From NCBI GenBank assembly GCA_964016885.1, contig OZ024742.1:274164001-274228000 (forward strand): a stretch of DNA of 64,000 nt. Reading direction: 5' to 3'. Below are positions 42,923 to 56,539 of the stretch, one piece after another. The notes beneath the pieces were generated by a model that searched no databases, was not told the origin of the DNA, and was given only the letters and a program-made list of their open reading frames with translations. The translations under genes and the position numbers were made by a program. This DNA comes from Eledone cirrhosa (Eukaryota). The stretch's first letter is position 1. Every line of letters begins with the position of its first letter.

Positions 42923-42965
42923 ACGATGTACTTGTTTCAAGGTTATTAGTTATCGTCAGCATCGT
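42923..42965 (-). ncRNA. Minimal type-I hammerhead ribozyme (second unit)
   Basis: Minus strand: acgatg-CTGACGA-taactaataacctt-GAAA-caag-TA-catcgt; stem II eroded. Confidence 0.72.
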
Positions 42966-43392
42966 ATACCTTCCTGCCAGATGATTGAACGTCTAAAAGT
43001 ATATACTTTCCTTATGCATATTAACGGCTGAGCAGCCTAATTTGCATATCAAGTGAGTTAGTCGGCCGGGCGCACCGAGAACGATAAATGGAAAAAATGA
43101 GACGAAATTTCATTTCTCACTCTTAGTACGGCTGTTACTTAAATATATATATATATATATATATATACGGGTTAACACATGTTTGTTATAGGTAGTCCAC
43201 TGAGATGTAGTCCAGTTAGAATATTCCGAGTAGTGGATAGTGTTAACGCTTGGCTAAGTTTGACACAACAAGACGTTTCCATAGTGATGCTGCGAGTACG
43301 CGGTGATTTCTATGTAGTTTACACTTGGAGTAATAATAAATCAAGAAAGAAGAGTGACATGGTTTGCTATACAATAAGGGCTTTATTCACAT

Positions 43393-43500
43393 TGCTGATA
43401 ATTGTTTCTCTGAACTGGTAGGTCTAGAGATCGCTACCCGTCTGTTTTTGCGTCATTCGATCACCAAAACTTTGTTATAACCAGTCTATTCATCAGAGCA
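43393..43500 (-). ncRNA. Type-I hammerhead ribozyme with a long stem II
   Basis: Minus strand: tgct-CTGATGA-atag.actggt...accagt.tcaga-GAAA-caatta-TC-agca. Confidence 0.62.
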
Positions 43501-44359
43501 TGCGAGAATGAAGGAAATACACAGGCATGGCTTCTATATATAGTAGTGGCATTAAATCAGAACAATAATAACAATACTCAAATAAATTAGCTAGACCGTA
43601 AATAGTTAAAATAATCACAACATCAATCTAAGTAAGAAATAGAGTATACTGATGACTTTAACATGTAAAACGAGCTGATACGAAACAGATGTATGAAATT
43701 GACATGTAAAAGCTGCCATGGGGTATATTATATATAGTGTAGAGATAACCTGGAGCTTGAAACAATGGACCATTTACTTTACTGTAGGTTTGCTGACCGT
43801 AAGATTTATTTATTATCTGACAGATAAAATATTTTCATTGTAGTGAGGATGGTAATTTTCATGTGGTGCAAAGCGGATTCATTATTTAAGTGGTCTATAT
43901 TAGATGAAGGGATTGTTAGTTCGAATCATGGGGTTGTTTAGCTTTCACAGCATCAATACCAAATCATGCATGAATAAGACAACAATAACAACAATATAGA
44001 CAATAAGGTAATAAAAAGGTTAAGGAAGCAAGGTACATATAGAGAACATGATGAATACTATTACGGATACATTGGGGTGTTCATTATAACAACAGGAGGA
44101 AGGTGATATGTCAAGGACTGTGGTAGTAGTCAAATAATGTATTTAGAATTAAGTTCATCTGTTGAAAATCAAGAGTGAGGAGGTGGTATTGACAGCAGCC
44201 GAGAAGAGATATATTTATGTGTTGATAAGATATTTGCAGACATTATTGTGGTATAGAATTAAGAAGGCGAGAAGCTGTTTAAAGAATATTATAGGTCTGT
44301 GGTTGTATGTGTGAGAGTGCGGATTTCATATGTTGAATGCTAAGTTATGTTGGTTCGAA

Positions 44360-45075
44360 TCACGGTGGCTTAAATTTTGTGAATTTAGTAGCGATCTTGT
44401 GTCTGCAGAAAATTGACCTTTCTATTTTGTTGTTGAGTAGCCTTTTATCGTTCCTAAGGATATACAGTAATTCAAGGTCGCTGAGCCTAGAATAGGACAT
44501 ACCGGTACTATATGCCCTTGCAGCCGACAACCTCGACCAGATGATATTGTAGTCGATATTTTTGCCCTTAAGTTCCCAGATTTTTTTGTCGAGGTTTGTA
44601 GAACCTATTAGTGCACGGTACTTCATCGAATGCCTGTGCACATACCATCTTTTTTTAAACGTACCCGAGGTGGATCCAATGTAATGCCAAGTGGAGTTGC
44701 CCGAGTTCACCGTACACATGTACACTAGGCTCGAATCAAGGCACCTGTTCGCCAATGGGCACCTATCTGGTAGGTGACAATTGCAGTTTCAGGTGTTATT
44801 CCGTGCAGCTTCCACACTGCTGTTTTCTACACTGCTATAAGTGGGTTGTGATTCATACCCGTTGAGGTTTGCTGCAACGCGCTCGTATGCGTTTGCGGTT
44901 GCGATACGGTGATGTGTTTATGTTTAGAATTTGGTGCTATGTTGTACATAGGTAGGGTGATTTCCCTATAGGTATTTCTGTGGTTGATCTTGCGTATATG
45001 GGATTCTATATTTGCAGCCGTAAAGTATGAGCATTTTATAGTTTTTCTATTGATGATGTTATGATATCTATTTTG
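44360..45075 (-). mobile_element. PLE 3' fragment (GIY-YIG, Naiad-like)
   Basis: YHNIINRKTIKCSY; CNCHLPDRCPLANRCL; VYMC...YIGSTSGTFKKRW..H; KKIWELK. Confidence 0.85.
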
Positions 45076-45423
45076 CATGCTAAAGTCATCAGTATGTGTG
45101 TATGTAACTTTATAGTTTTTATATTTATGTTTTCATCTTTAAGAAATTTTGATACTATATGTGTGTATGTGGTTGTATGCACTTATGTGTGCGTGTATAT
45201 GTATTTGTATGTATATACTCTTTTGGGTCTGTGCTGTGATTTTATGTATGGGCTGTGCTTGTATATTTATATGTATGCGTATGTTTGTGTGTATATGTGT
45301 GTGTATGTATATATATATGTGTGTGTGTATGTACACATATATATATATGTGTATGTGTGTGTGTATATATATATATATATATCTAGGGTTTTTTGTGCAT
45401 TTGCTTACCATGTGCGTTTGGTC

Positions 45424-45425
<2 letters not shown>

Positions 45426-45493
<68 letters not shown>
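45426..45493 (+). repeat. (TTA)n microsatellite preceding Tx1 copy C
   Basis: Direct reading. Confidence 0.95.
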
Positions 45494-48400
45494 GGCGCCT
45501 ACGTAGTAAATCGTATCATCGTGAGCTCCGCAAAGGTTTGTTATTTTCAGTTGTTTAAAATTGCCATTTATGAACAATTTTTATTGTTAATTGTATATAA
45601 CTGCACATACATTGATTTTTGAAAAGAACACTCAAAAAGATTGGGACCTTGAGCACAAAATTTAAACTTTTTATAATTATCAAACATAAAAAAAATTTTC
45701 TTTGAAAAATCATGGCCGACTCAGTCACACCTTCCTCACAATCTAACACCTCACACCGACACCACCATTGTAAATATTACTACGTTTACCAACTCTAAAT
45801 ATATAGGCAGTAGCAATATTTTTAATTTGTCTCCGGCAGGCATTCATTTCCCGCCATTACCAATGACTGCAGGTGTTAAAGCCGCCACCCCACCATCACC
45901 ACAGCGACAACAGAAACAAAAGAAAAAATAAATTAACTCGTGATATCGAAATGAATTCAACCAAAATGAACTCTTCCACACCGAACACCACTGACGCCAC
46001 CACCACCACAACTGAAACTAAAATTAACAATAACAAAAATAACGATGACAACAACAGCAACAATGAAATTAAGAAAACTACCCTGTCTTTTGCGAAAGTA
46101 GCACAAACGTGCAAAGCGATCCAGGTAACTCAGGAGGAATTAGAAGAAGCCAAAAGAATGGTAAAGAAAGATGGGTACAGGGTCAGCCTCACCCACCCAC
46201 CCCCACACACACAACTAATAAAATGGAGCATCGTCGCCTATGCACCGTGTCTTATAGGACAATTAACATAAAATCGTGCCGAGTGGAACGGGCATCCGAG
46301 TCCCAAATCCAAAATGCTTTGGGACATGTGTGGGCAAAAAAACCCACATCCGACGTGGGCAGAAATATGGAACCGTGGACGTGTTCTTTGAAACACCACA
46401 GAAGGCCAGAGAACATTCCATAGCCCCATTAAGAAGTGACGACTTCACACTCGTGCCAAGCTATTGTGGCCAGAGACTTGTGAAGATCAGGGTGACCCAC
46501 GTTCTACCGGCCATCGAAATTCCCTGGCTAATGGCTGCCGTCCTCGCCGGCATCGAGGCCAACACCAAGATAATCGAAATAGCGAAAGAAAAGCAGGAGA
46601 ACTGGTCCGCATCTGGGATGGGGATCCTGATCCAAGCGGACTATAAAAGCATTGAGGAGATCCCAGAGGTAATAGACCTCACTGACGGCAGCCACCTCAC
46701 CGTAATCGTCGAGGACAGAAGGCCTAGGTGTGTCGTTTGTGGTGAAGGAACCCACCTAAGGGCTTTCTGCCCTCAGGCTAAAATGTTGAGGCCACCTCTC
46801 TTACCCACCCCAGTGACTCAACCATCAACACCACCAGCAGCAGAGATGGCAGCAACAACTGTAGCAGCAACAACAGAAACAATTGTAACAGCAACAACCG
46901 CAGCAACAATAGCAAAACCAATACCACCACAACCCAACGCGCCAGAACTAGCACCAGCGCCTACACCAACCACCACGCCACAACCAAAACCAACGCCTGT
47001 GGAGGATTTTCCACTCCCCGGCTTATCACAACTGGAGACAGGTGGTGACGACGAGGAGTGGGAAACAGTATCAGGAAAAAAAGAAAAAAAAAAAAATTCT
47101 CTTCCTTCCCCCTCCAAAAACAAAATACAGAGGGAAACAAATAAATTATCAAACAAAAAAGTTAGGACAGATATGCCACCATCCACACCAGCATCACCAA
47201 CCCCATCACCACAAACACGAACACCATCATTAACCCCAACACCACCACCACCACAATACCACAAAAGTCACCAAAAAGCGTAACAGAAACAAACCCACAA
47301 CAAACCCAAACAAAACGAAATAAACAAAACGATACACGCTACACATCATTAAATTTGAACAACAACCAATTATTACACTACATGCAACACAACACCAGCA
47401 TCACAGAAAAAGACTACACAACAACCCAAAAGTTCACACTACCTCCACACATACAAATCACTCGCATCACACAGAAAACGTACACGACACTGAAACAAAA
47501 AATTCCCCAAAGACATCGGAGATTTCCGACAAACACTCTCCGGGAGGATTTATAAGGACATCCTTCCGGAGGAGGCCACAAGCAGTGAAAAGGATGGGCA
47601 AACCATCCTTCCTCTACGAGAAGTAAGGTGGGTGGTATTTCCCATCTTTTCCACTCCATTTCAACTTGACCTCACTCAGAATAGGCAGCATAAATGTGCG
47701 TGGATTGGGGTCGTCGTGGAAGCATGGCCACCTGCTCAACGACCTCAGGTCACTAAACATAGATGTAGTGGCCATCAGTGAGACCAGAATCTCCGAAGCA
47801 CGGGCCTTCGCACCGATCTTCGGCGGCTACGATGTGTACGCATCTCCCAGCCGAATGGGATCGGAGGGAGGAGTTGCTGTGATTTTTCGGAGAGGTTTGG
47901 ATCTCGCCATACGGGCCATCTTCCTGGACCCAGAAGGTAAGTTGGTGGTGCTAGACGTGACCAGCGGAGACGAGCAAGCTTTCAGGATAGTGGCCGTCTA
48001 TTCCCCGACAGAAGCAGGGCGGCCTGATTATTTCCGGCGTCTGGAGACCTTTCTTGGAACGTCCCGCTCTTTAGTGTTAGTGGGCGACTGGAACGGGATC
48101 TTAGATGCACGCTGGGACTGTGTGGGATTAGCGGATAGCGGAGGAGGGTGCAAGAGCCTCACCAACCTGCTCAAGCGTTTTGAACTGTCTGACAGGTACC
48201 GACTGGATTTGCCGAATGTGCCAATGTGGACTTGGACAAATCGCATAGGGTCATCCAGATCATATCTAGATAGAGTATTTTGTAGGGAAATAGATAGGCC
48301 TATCATAGGCTGTCCACAATTCAAGACAGCCAGCTACACGGACCACAAATTCGTGATCTGTGTGCTTGACTTAGATAGGCTTCATAGACGAGAACCCGGC

Positions 48401-51232
48401 TACTGGAAGCTAAACGCGTCCTTACCAGCGCGCAAGGCCTACAGAGACAGGATCAGCGAAATAGTTAAGCGGGCGTTGACGGGGGCCATCGTCAACAACA
48501 AGTGGTAGTTTGCTCTGAAAAGAGCAATTAGAATAGAGTCCGTTAGGTTTAGTAAAGCTTTAGCAATAGAGAAAAATAGAGCAGAGGGAGAATTATTTAG
48601 AAAATTAGACGAGGCGCTGAGCAAAGGCATCGCGACCGACGTAATTGCCGCAAAATTGGCCCTTGACCAATTCTTCAATGCAAAGCACGAAGGCTGCGCG
48701 TCAGAGCATGGGTGTGTGCTCTCAGACACGAGGGGACAAAAGCCGTTCAATGGGCCGGAGTGGCGGGGACGCGTCGTGGCAACAAAGCCACGATCCGGTC
48801 TTTGGTGGACCACGACGGGCGCATGCTACTCGATCCCGGGAAAATGTGTGAAGCATTTCAGCGACACTTTGCTCAGCTGTTGGGGGCGGCGGCGGGCCGG
48901 ATCGAGGAATGGACTTTAGTGTCTACCTCGACGGACTGCGCGGCTCTCGGCCACTGAGGCGGAGTGTTGCGAAAAGCCGATAACAGCCGCTGAAGTACGG
49001 TAGTCAATGACTGGCTGCACAAGGGGTCAAACGCCTGGTTTGAATGGTCTGCCCTATGAACTTTACGTACAGATGCCAGACTTGTTCGGAGGCCTTTTGG
49101 CGGACGTCTAATGCAACTGGCAACACAACGGGAGAATTCCCAGCTCTGTGAGCCGAGGAGCTGTGGCGCTGCTGAGAAAGGATCCGAATAAGGGGGATAA
49201 CATACATGATTTTAGATCCATAACTCTGCTAAACACAGAGTTCAAGATTTTGGCCAAGGTGCTAGCAAAGAGGTTGGCGCTTGTCGTTGATTGTCTGGTG
49301 GGAGAGGCGCAGACATGAGCCATTCCGGACAGATCCATCCCCGACAACCTCCACCTCATGCGATACATCGTAGAGAGGGTAGCTAGGGAACCTGGCACGG
49401 GTGGGTCCTTGATCAATTTAGATCAGTCGAAAGCTTTCAGCATGTTCGACCATCGTTACCTAGCGGCAGTCCTGAGGGCGGCTGGCTTTGGGCCAGTCTT
49501 CAGAAGCTCTGTGGTGAGAGTGAACGGTCACCTTTCGGAAATGTTCAACATCATGCGCTCGGTTCGCCAAGTATGTCCCCTCTCGTTCCTCTTGTACGTA
49601 TTGACTCTTGAGCCATTACTGCACAAACTGGAGACGTTGAGCGGGGTCCTGCGTGAACTAGGATGCGGAAGATCCGTGTCAGCATATGCGGACGATGTCA
49701 CCGTACTGGTGTCGAACGCCAAACACATCGAGGCGATCGGTACTACACTAAGAGAATACGAAGCGGTGACAGGAGCAATGATCAACCAGGAAAAGTCAGT
49801 GGGCCTGCAGCTCGGCACCTGGAGAGGCAGGTCCATGCCGTCCAACAGCGTCGTCGGGCAGTGGACGGACGGACCAGTTAAATTGCTCGGTGTCTGGTTC
49901 GGTCCGGATCTCCAGACGGACAAAAACTGGGACGAGGTGACGTGCAGGGTGACTTCTCTCACCCAGAAATGGGCCGAGAGGAAGCTATCCCTGAAAGGTC
50001 GAGCGGAGGTGGCTAACGCGTATATCGCGTCCGTCATCTACTACCGCCTGACCGTCGTACCTTGTCCTAAGCCCCGCCTGACTGCGCTGGAGCGTTTGCT
50101 CTTTCGCTTTTTGTGGAAGGGACGCGCTCGGATGGTCAGGCGGTCCATCTGCTGTCAACACCCGCTACGTGGAGGGCTGGGAATGCCGTGGCTTATGATG
50201 CGCAGACACGCGCTCAGGCTACGACATCTCCACCTCTTCCTCGACGGTGATCAGGTGTGGTCGCCGTTTGCTAGACACGTCTTTCCCCAGCTCGTCTCCT
50301 TCACGGAGCTGCAGTTCTGGGTCAGGCGAAGACCGAGGGGGAGCGCTTGGAGACTGGAATGTCTTCAGGCGCTCACAGCCCTCGACCAATCGGGCAATGT
50401 GATCGGTGGAAACTCCACCTTGGCGTTCTATAGGGGATTAGTGGTGGGGAAGAGCGACGACGTACTTGGAGAAACTCTAGGCGTCGACGAAAATCAACTA
50501 GCCAATCTCTTCGGAACGACTTTCGGGCCGGGGCCTATGGACAACTTCCAGAAATCCCTGGCTTGGCAGTGCTACCGGGGTGCTTTGCCAGTTTGGGATA
50601 AACTTTACAGGCATGGAGGTGCCGTCAGCCGGGCATGTCCGAGATGCGCGCAGGGTGACGAAACCGTTCTGCACGCACTCGTCCAGTGTCCGAGCATTGC
50701 TGACTTGTGGGTTTATGTCGAACACCTGCTGTCGCGTGTGGGACGGATCCATCTATCAGCTGAGTCCATCGTGAGGATTGCCCCGCCCTCTTCCTTTAGC
50801 CGGGAAGAGCAGGCAGTTTTTATCTGTCTGGTGACCATGGCGAAAGAGATAGTATGGTGGACACGTTTGAGAAGGAAAATCAGGGTAGAAAGGGAAGTGC
50901 TCTCTTCCCAGCATTTTGTTGAAAGATGGGTGAGAGAAGCAAGAATGCCCCGAGTAAATGGGCCTACTCTGTGTATATATTTGTAAATTAAAGTTGGAAA
51001 ACTGTGAGAGCGCACTTGCCCTGGTGGTCAGGGTCGCTGTGGCTTTTTAATGGGCTTTCTCCACCAATGTCCCTCCGAAGTCTCCCCCCTATTGGGGAAT
51101 TTTTTCATTGTTTTATTATTACATCCTCTGTTTCTCGTTTTTTTCACGCAGAAATGCCCATTTGTACCGCCCTGTATTGTCCTGTACTATCCTTAATGTC
51201 TACTTTATGTAAACCCTTGTGGTTAATAAAGA
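45494..51232 (+). mobile_element. Near full-length Tx1/L1-clade LINE (copy C)
   Basis: ORF1 at about 45950-47283 with CX2CX4HX4C (CVVCGEGTHLRAFC); APE at 47666-48508; RT and C-terminal Zn finger at 49000-50986 (AYADDV, CPRC...HALVQCP). Several stops. Inverted homolog of copy B. Confidence 0.94.
49358..50986 (+). pseudogene. RT C-terminal half and Zn-finger region of the Tx1 copy C ORF2
   Basis: LDQSKAF, VRQVCPLS.LLY, SAYADDV, INQEKS, LLGVWF, GGLG, CPRC. Confidence 0.88.
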
Positions 51233-51279
51233 AATCATTATTATCATTATTATTATTATTATTATTATTATTGTTATTG

Positions 51280-54200
51280 TTCTTTGTGTCTCAGTCATTG
51301 ATGTTAGTTAACTGGAAAGTTTGTTGAAATGAATATCAAGCCACTACCTGCAGCCTCAGATATTCAGGACGTATCGGAGGGTTCTTGCTGTTTCCAGCAA
51401 GTAAGCCTTTTGAAGCGTCCCAAAAAGCGTGAAGGGGCCAATTTTCTTTAACCATCCCTGGAAACTTTTTGAGATAGTACCTAGTGCGCCTATGACGATC
51501 GGGACCACTTTGACTTCATGGCAGTTCCAAATCCTTTTTACCTCCCACTTTAAGTCCTGGTAGCGGTTAATGTTCCCCCTCGCCTTCTCTTTCACATCGT
51601 GTCGAATGGGCAGGCCAAATCCACAATCAGGCACGATCTTTTCTCCTTGTCCAAAACCACCAGGTCAGGTCTATTCTGTTCCAGTTTCTTGTCCGTCTGT
51701 ATGCTAAAATCCCACAGCACCTTCACCTGACCGTTTTCTATCACCGACTCGGGCTTATGCTCATACCACTTCTCAGAATGTGGTAAATTGTTTACTTTGT
51801 ATAGGTGCCAGTGGATCACCCTGCCCATCACATCATGTCTCCAGCCCTTATAGTGAGTCTGGGCTAAGTGTTTACACTCGGATACAATGTGAGCCACACT
51901 CTCCTCTCTCTCTCCACAGATCCTGCACAGTGGGCTAGCGTCCTCCTTGTAAATATGGTGTTTCAACCACTTCGTTTTGAGAGCCTGCTCTTGCGCAGCC
52001 ATTAGCATTCCTTCTGTAGACTTTTTAATGTCTCTTTTCAACCAGTTCCATGTCTGTGGATCTCTGAATTCAGTTTTCTCAAAGAAGGTACTATGAAGGG
52101 ATTTTTCGTGAAGGCTGCTCTTTCTCCTTGTTGTTATTTCCTCCTTGGACATCACCTGGTCTATTGTCCTCTTCTTCAGTACAATTCTGAGCATTGGCAC
52201 CTTACTATCAGTCACGTACTTGTGTAGGTTGTTTTTCACCATCTGAACATAGTCCTCTATGCTGATAAGACCTCTTCCACCTTCAGATCTCCTTAAGTAG
52301 AGTCTATCGACCCTCACTCCTGTTGTGGAACATGTTGTAGATAGTCAATAGCTTCCTAGTCTTCCTATCCATTTCTTTTTGTTCAGCAACATTCTATCTC
52401 AGAATTCTCGCACTGTACCTAATAATAGACACAGCTCGGGAATTTACAGCACGTATGGTATTCCTACTGTTCAGATGTGACTTTAATACGCTCCTTACTC
52501 TCCGAATGTATTCAGATCTTAACAATTCCTTCATTTTTTTGTTCTTGATGCCATCAGCCTCCAGAACACCCACATACTTGTATCATTGTTCAGTGTCAAT
52601 TTCCTTTATCATCTCACCTGTTGGTACCTGGATTCCGTTGCTTCTGCTCAATTTACCCCTCTTCATCACAAGGACTCCACACTTACTAATACCAAATTGC
52701 ATACATATAACATTGCTGAAAATACGGACAGTTTCAACAAGCACATCCAACTCCTTCTCACTCTTCCCGAAGAGCTTAAGATCGTCCATGAAAAGAAGGT
52801 GAATGATGGTAAGCCCTCCCTTTCCCAACCTGTATCCTGCTCTCACTTTTCGCAGTATAATGGTCAGGGCATCAGGGCAAGGACAAACAACAGAGGGGAC
52901 AGACTATCTCCCTGGAAGATACCTCTCTTGATCTTCTCGCCTCCCAAGGATTCTCCAGCTGATGTTAACTCTGTTTTCCAGGACTTCATACTTTTGCCCA
53001 ACAACTGCCTGATGTTATATGCCACCTTGAAGATCTATTGGCTTTTGGTGATCCAAGAATGAGGCACCATGTCAAATGCCTTTTTGTAGTCTATCCATCC
53101 CATGGCAAGACCAGTGTGTTTCCACTTGCAATTTCTCATTACCATCTTATCAATAAGTAACTGGTCCTTTGTACCACGGGACTTCTTTCGGCATCCTTTC
53201 TGTTCATCCGGTAACAAGTTGCTTGTGTGGAGGTGATGGTAGATTTCCTCAGACATAATGCTTGTCAACAGTTTCCACATTACGGACAGGCATGTGATAG
53301 GTCTATAGTTGATAACATCATTACCCTTGATTCGGTCTTTCATTACCAGAAATGTGGTACCTTTTGTCAACCACTCTGGTACCTCACCTGACATCAAGCA
53401 GTCAATGAACATGGTTGTCAGTTTCGGGTGGAGGGATGTTATTGTTTTAATCCAATACCCCTGCACACCATCTAGGCCTGGTGATTTCCAGTTGGTTAGT
53501 TTTTTGGCATGCCCCTTAAGAGTTTCAACTGTGATACTTAAATCAGTTTGTTGGTGTGCCTGATCACTAATCTCCTTCTGTACTGTCTCAATCCACACTG
53601 CCTGGTCATTATGTTTAACATCATGCTCCCATATTCTTCTCCAGAATGTCTTAGTTTGTTCCGCCTCAGGGATCAAGTAGTTGTCTCTTTCTTTCCCTTC
53701 AAGCTGTCCAAACAGCATCTTCTGGTTGTTGTCAAACACGAGGTTCTGTCTATACTGAGTGACTCTGCTCTCGTATCGCCTAATTTTTGCACTCTTTGCT
53801 ACAATGCGTTGCTTCAGTTCCTCTATGATAATGTTTAGCTTTTTCCTCCTAGTTTTGTACTTTATTTCCAGTCTATTTTTAGTGTCTATTTTTTTTAGCG
53901 TCCCATTCAGTAGGGACTCAAGCTTTCCAATCTCATTTCTCATTTCCCTTATTTGACCATTCAGTCGTTTCTTCCACCAAGGTTCTGATCTTTCTTGTTT
54001 GTTGTTTCCTCTCGCTTTTGTGCCAAGTAATTTCCTCACCGCATTTGCTGTTGCTTTGAGGATATTGTTGCACTGGTGAAGGCTCCTCGCCTCAAGGTAT
54101 GGGATGACTTTGTTTACCTTAGCTGTTGTTTCTTTTAACTTTTTCCTGTCTACAAATCTTAGGTTCATAGGTTTCCCACTATCATTGTTCAATTCATCTA

Positions 54201-54960
54201 CCACTAAGTTTAGGATATCAACCAAATCTTGTCCTAGCCCGTCAGCATTCATCTCTTCAATGGACGTATCTCTGTTCCAGGTATTATGTATTTGAGCATT
54301 CACATCATTGTCTGCTTTGGATGGTTCCTTCGTTCTCTCAACCTCTTCACCTTTATTTCCCACTGGCTTGTTTGCCTGGCATACACCACTCTCCATTTCC
54401 AACCTAATCTCTCTGCTCAGTTCCTCCAGTTCCAGCTCGCTTATCCACCCATTAGATATTATTACCCGAGCCTGCCCGGCCAATTTTTGTTCATCTAATT
54501 TAAATAGACCAATCTCGTTCCAGATGTTATGCATCCGTTTCCTATAGCCTTTCTCCTTGGGGTTACTGTTCAGGTAACATTGCATAACAGTTCTATTCAA
54601 TTCTTTCGTCCAGTAGGTTCTGGTCCCTTTCCTTCTTCTTCTTTCTCCGACACCAACAGTATTTGGTTGACAGCCAGGTCCCTGCTGCTGAGCCAGGGAG
54701 CACCTGCTGGGTGAGAGTCTGTCACATGACGTTCTAGTCTCCACTTCACCGTTATTCGAACTGTTTAGGTTCGACATTTAAACATTCTTATCGAGGATTG
54801 GTGAATGTCTGGTTACATAACTACCGGTGATTTCATCACCCCCGGTGATTTTCGTGTGGCACGATTTTATAATGCCGACAGTGTTCATATTGGCCAACTC
54901 TGTCACGTCTAGATTATGTGGTTCACTGTTTCAATCTCATCATAGTAGGATCGGCACTTT
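51280..54960 (-). mobile_element. Near full-length R4/Dong-like RLE retrotransposon, disrupted
   Basis: 580-aa ORF at 53035-54777 (NWKSPGLDG, NYRPITCL, EQKGCR, IDYKKAFDMVPH), then LFMDDLKL, CRICG..ESVAHIVSEC and NRPDL. The 3' UTR matches 4744-4820. The 5' boundary is approximate. Confidence 0.92.
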
Positions 54961-54974
54961 GAATTTACTGCATT

Positions 54975-55770
54975 TCACATTACATTGGCCTGGTAATTCC
55001 GTATCAATAAGCATCGATCTTGAGCAGCTAATATGAAGCCTTTGCTATCTGCTTTTAACCCTCCTTGAGTTCTAGGAATGTAAAGACGATACACATATGC
55101 CTTCGTGTGGTGCATCCAATTAAAAATTATTAACTTACGGATTTTGGTGTTGATTCTTTTAATTTCACTTAAATTGCAGTTCAACACATCAGAGCTATAA
55201 ACGACAAGTGCATTTAATTCTTATCTCAGAACTGCGTGTAATCTCCTGTAACATTCCTTCATTATCTTCTCTTTCAAACTTGCATGTTGATTGGCAGAGT
55301 ATTCATCAGCTTATTCAATTGAATTTGAGTTGATAAACTTCCTTATGTTGAGAGTGGCTTTGGCACACTTATCAAGTCCAAACTCAATACTAACTGTTTT
55401 TGCTGCCCGAAAAAACGGCCTTCCGGTTCGTCATTGCTTGGAGTTTAGCTTTAGAATCTAAAGCTAATTCCTGCGGATGATCTAACATTTAGATCATCCG
55501 CAGGAATTAGGTTGCTTATTTTCTTGTTGGCAAATTTGTAACCATAACCTATTCAGTTAAGTTCGGTTGTAAAGCTATGCAGAAAATTAAGGATGAAATT
55601 GATTCTCCTTGGAAAATACCATTGTTGATGTCTATATTCTTAGAAATTAGTACTTCATTAGATTGAAATAATTGGAGATTTGTGTATCCACAATGTCATA
55701 TTAGGTTTCAGGAAATTTGAATTTAAAAGGTGAGATTTTGAAGACGTCCAATTATTTGAGAATCCATATT
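54975..55770 (-). mobile_element. Highly degenerate R4/Dong-like RT fragment
   Basis: GIFQGES.S, EFGLDKCAK, RLYIPRTQGG, GFILAAQD on the minus strand. Confidence 0.75.
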
Positions 55771-55971
55771 GCTGCCACAGACCATCGCAGAGATGGTCTG
55801 TAGCAACATTAACATCTACTTCGTAGGCCATCTACGAATTAAATATTTTCACTATTTGTTCTGCTTATGATGTTGCCAGGATTTTACGTAACATGGTAAT
55901 TGAATTTTCTAGTGTCTTTGCAACAAATCTTTCAGAAATTTTCACTAGTCCGGCCTCCTGTCATTTTAATG

Positions 55972-56016
<45 letters not shown>

Positions 56017-56096
56017 GATAAGCAGAACAAGTAAAATTCAATCAATTTTTCAAAATACATTAAAAAATATAATATAAATATTTACCTCTTCTAGTG

Positions 56097-56178
56097 GCCC
56101 TTACTGATCAGTTTCGCTTTGTAAAACCTCATAAATCCGATGGATTTATGATGGAAAACCACAGCTCATCAGAGAAGC
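56097..56178 (-). ncRNA. Type-I hammerhead ribozyme
   Basis: Minus strand: ttct-CTGATGA-gct...cataaatcc.atc.ggatttatg...agc-GAAA-ctgatcag-TA-aggg; palindromic stem III ACTGATCAGT. Lies between ~39-bp inverted repeats at 56011-56049 and 56500-56538. Confidence 0.8.
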
Positions 56179-56539
56179 ATTTTCCCTTCCTAGGGCTAAA
56201 CGTCCCAGGAACGACAAAATATACAACCTCCTGCCAGCTAATAAAGGTCTGAAAGGTCGTAAAATTGACCCGTATGTAAACTGGACCGAAGTAAAAGCGG
56301 GAAAATCAAAGACTTGCTGTCTACAATTACTACTAAAAAAATAGCAGCCAAGTAGAGCAACAGATTTGTTCTCAACGGACGGAGAAAAAGGTAGAAGTTA
56401 ATATGTCCAGGGATACTAGGTACCCCTAGAAATACATAGGTTGTCTATGATTCAAGGTTGTTCAATGGTGTTAATTTGATACACCAGAACTTTAATATTA
56501 AAATTGATTGAATTTTACTTGTTCTGCTTATCTTAATAT

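Larger units (their letters stand above)
42290..43145 (-). mobile_element. Tandem 439-bp ORF-less repeat with one minimal HHR per unit (retrozyme-like)
   Basis: Two ~95%-similar units (estimated by eye). HHRs at 42484 and 42923 and ATTTGCAT at 42601 and 43040 are each exactly 439 bp apart. Confidence 0.82.

Noticed and set aside
43645-43697. CTGATGA...GAAACAGATGTA hammerhead candidate, with a truncated inverted copy at about 45068-45095
   Set aside because: Stems I and II do not pair convincingly; at best a decayed HHR, so it was not counted.
54790-54960. HDV-like or hammerhead ribozyme at the R4 5' end
   Set aside because: Hairpins are present, but I could not build the nested double pseudoknot. 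ATGATGA-gatt-GAAAC lacks supporting stems.
55300-55312. Isolated CTGATGA words (also at 61190-61198) and CTGAGAA at 30175
   Set aside because: No matching GAAA, stem III or stem I partner.
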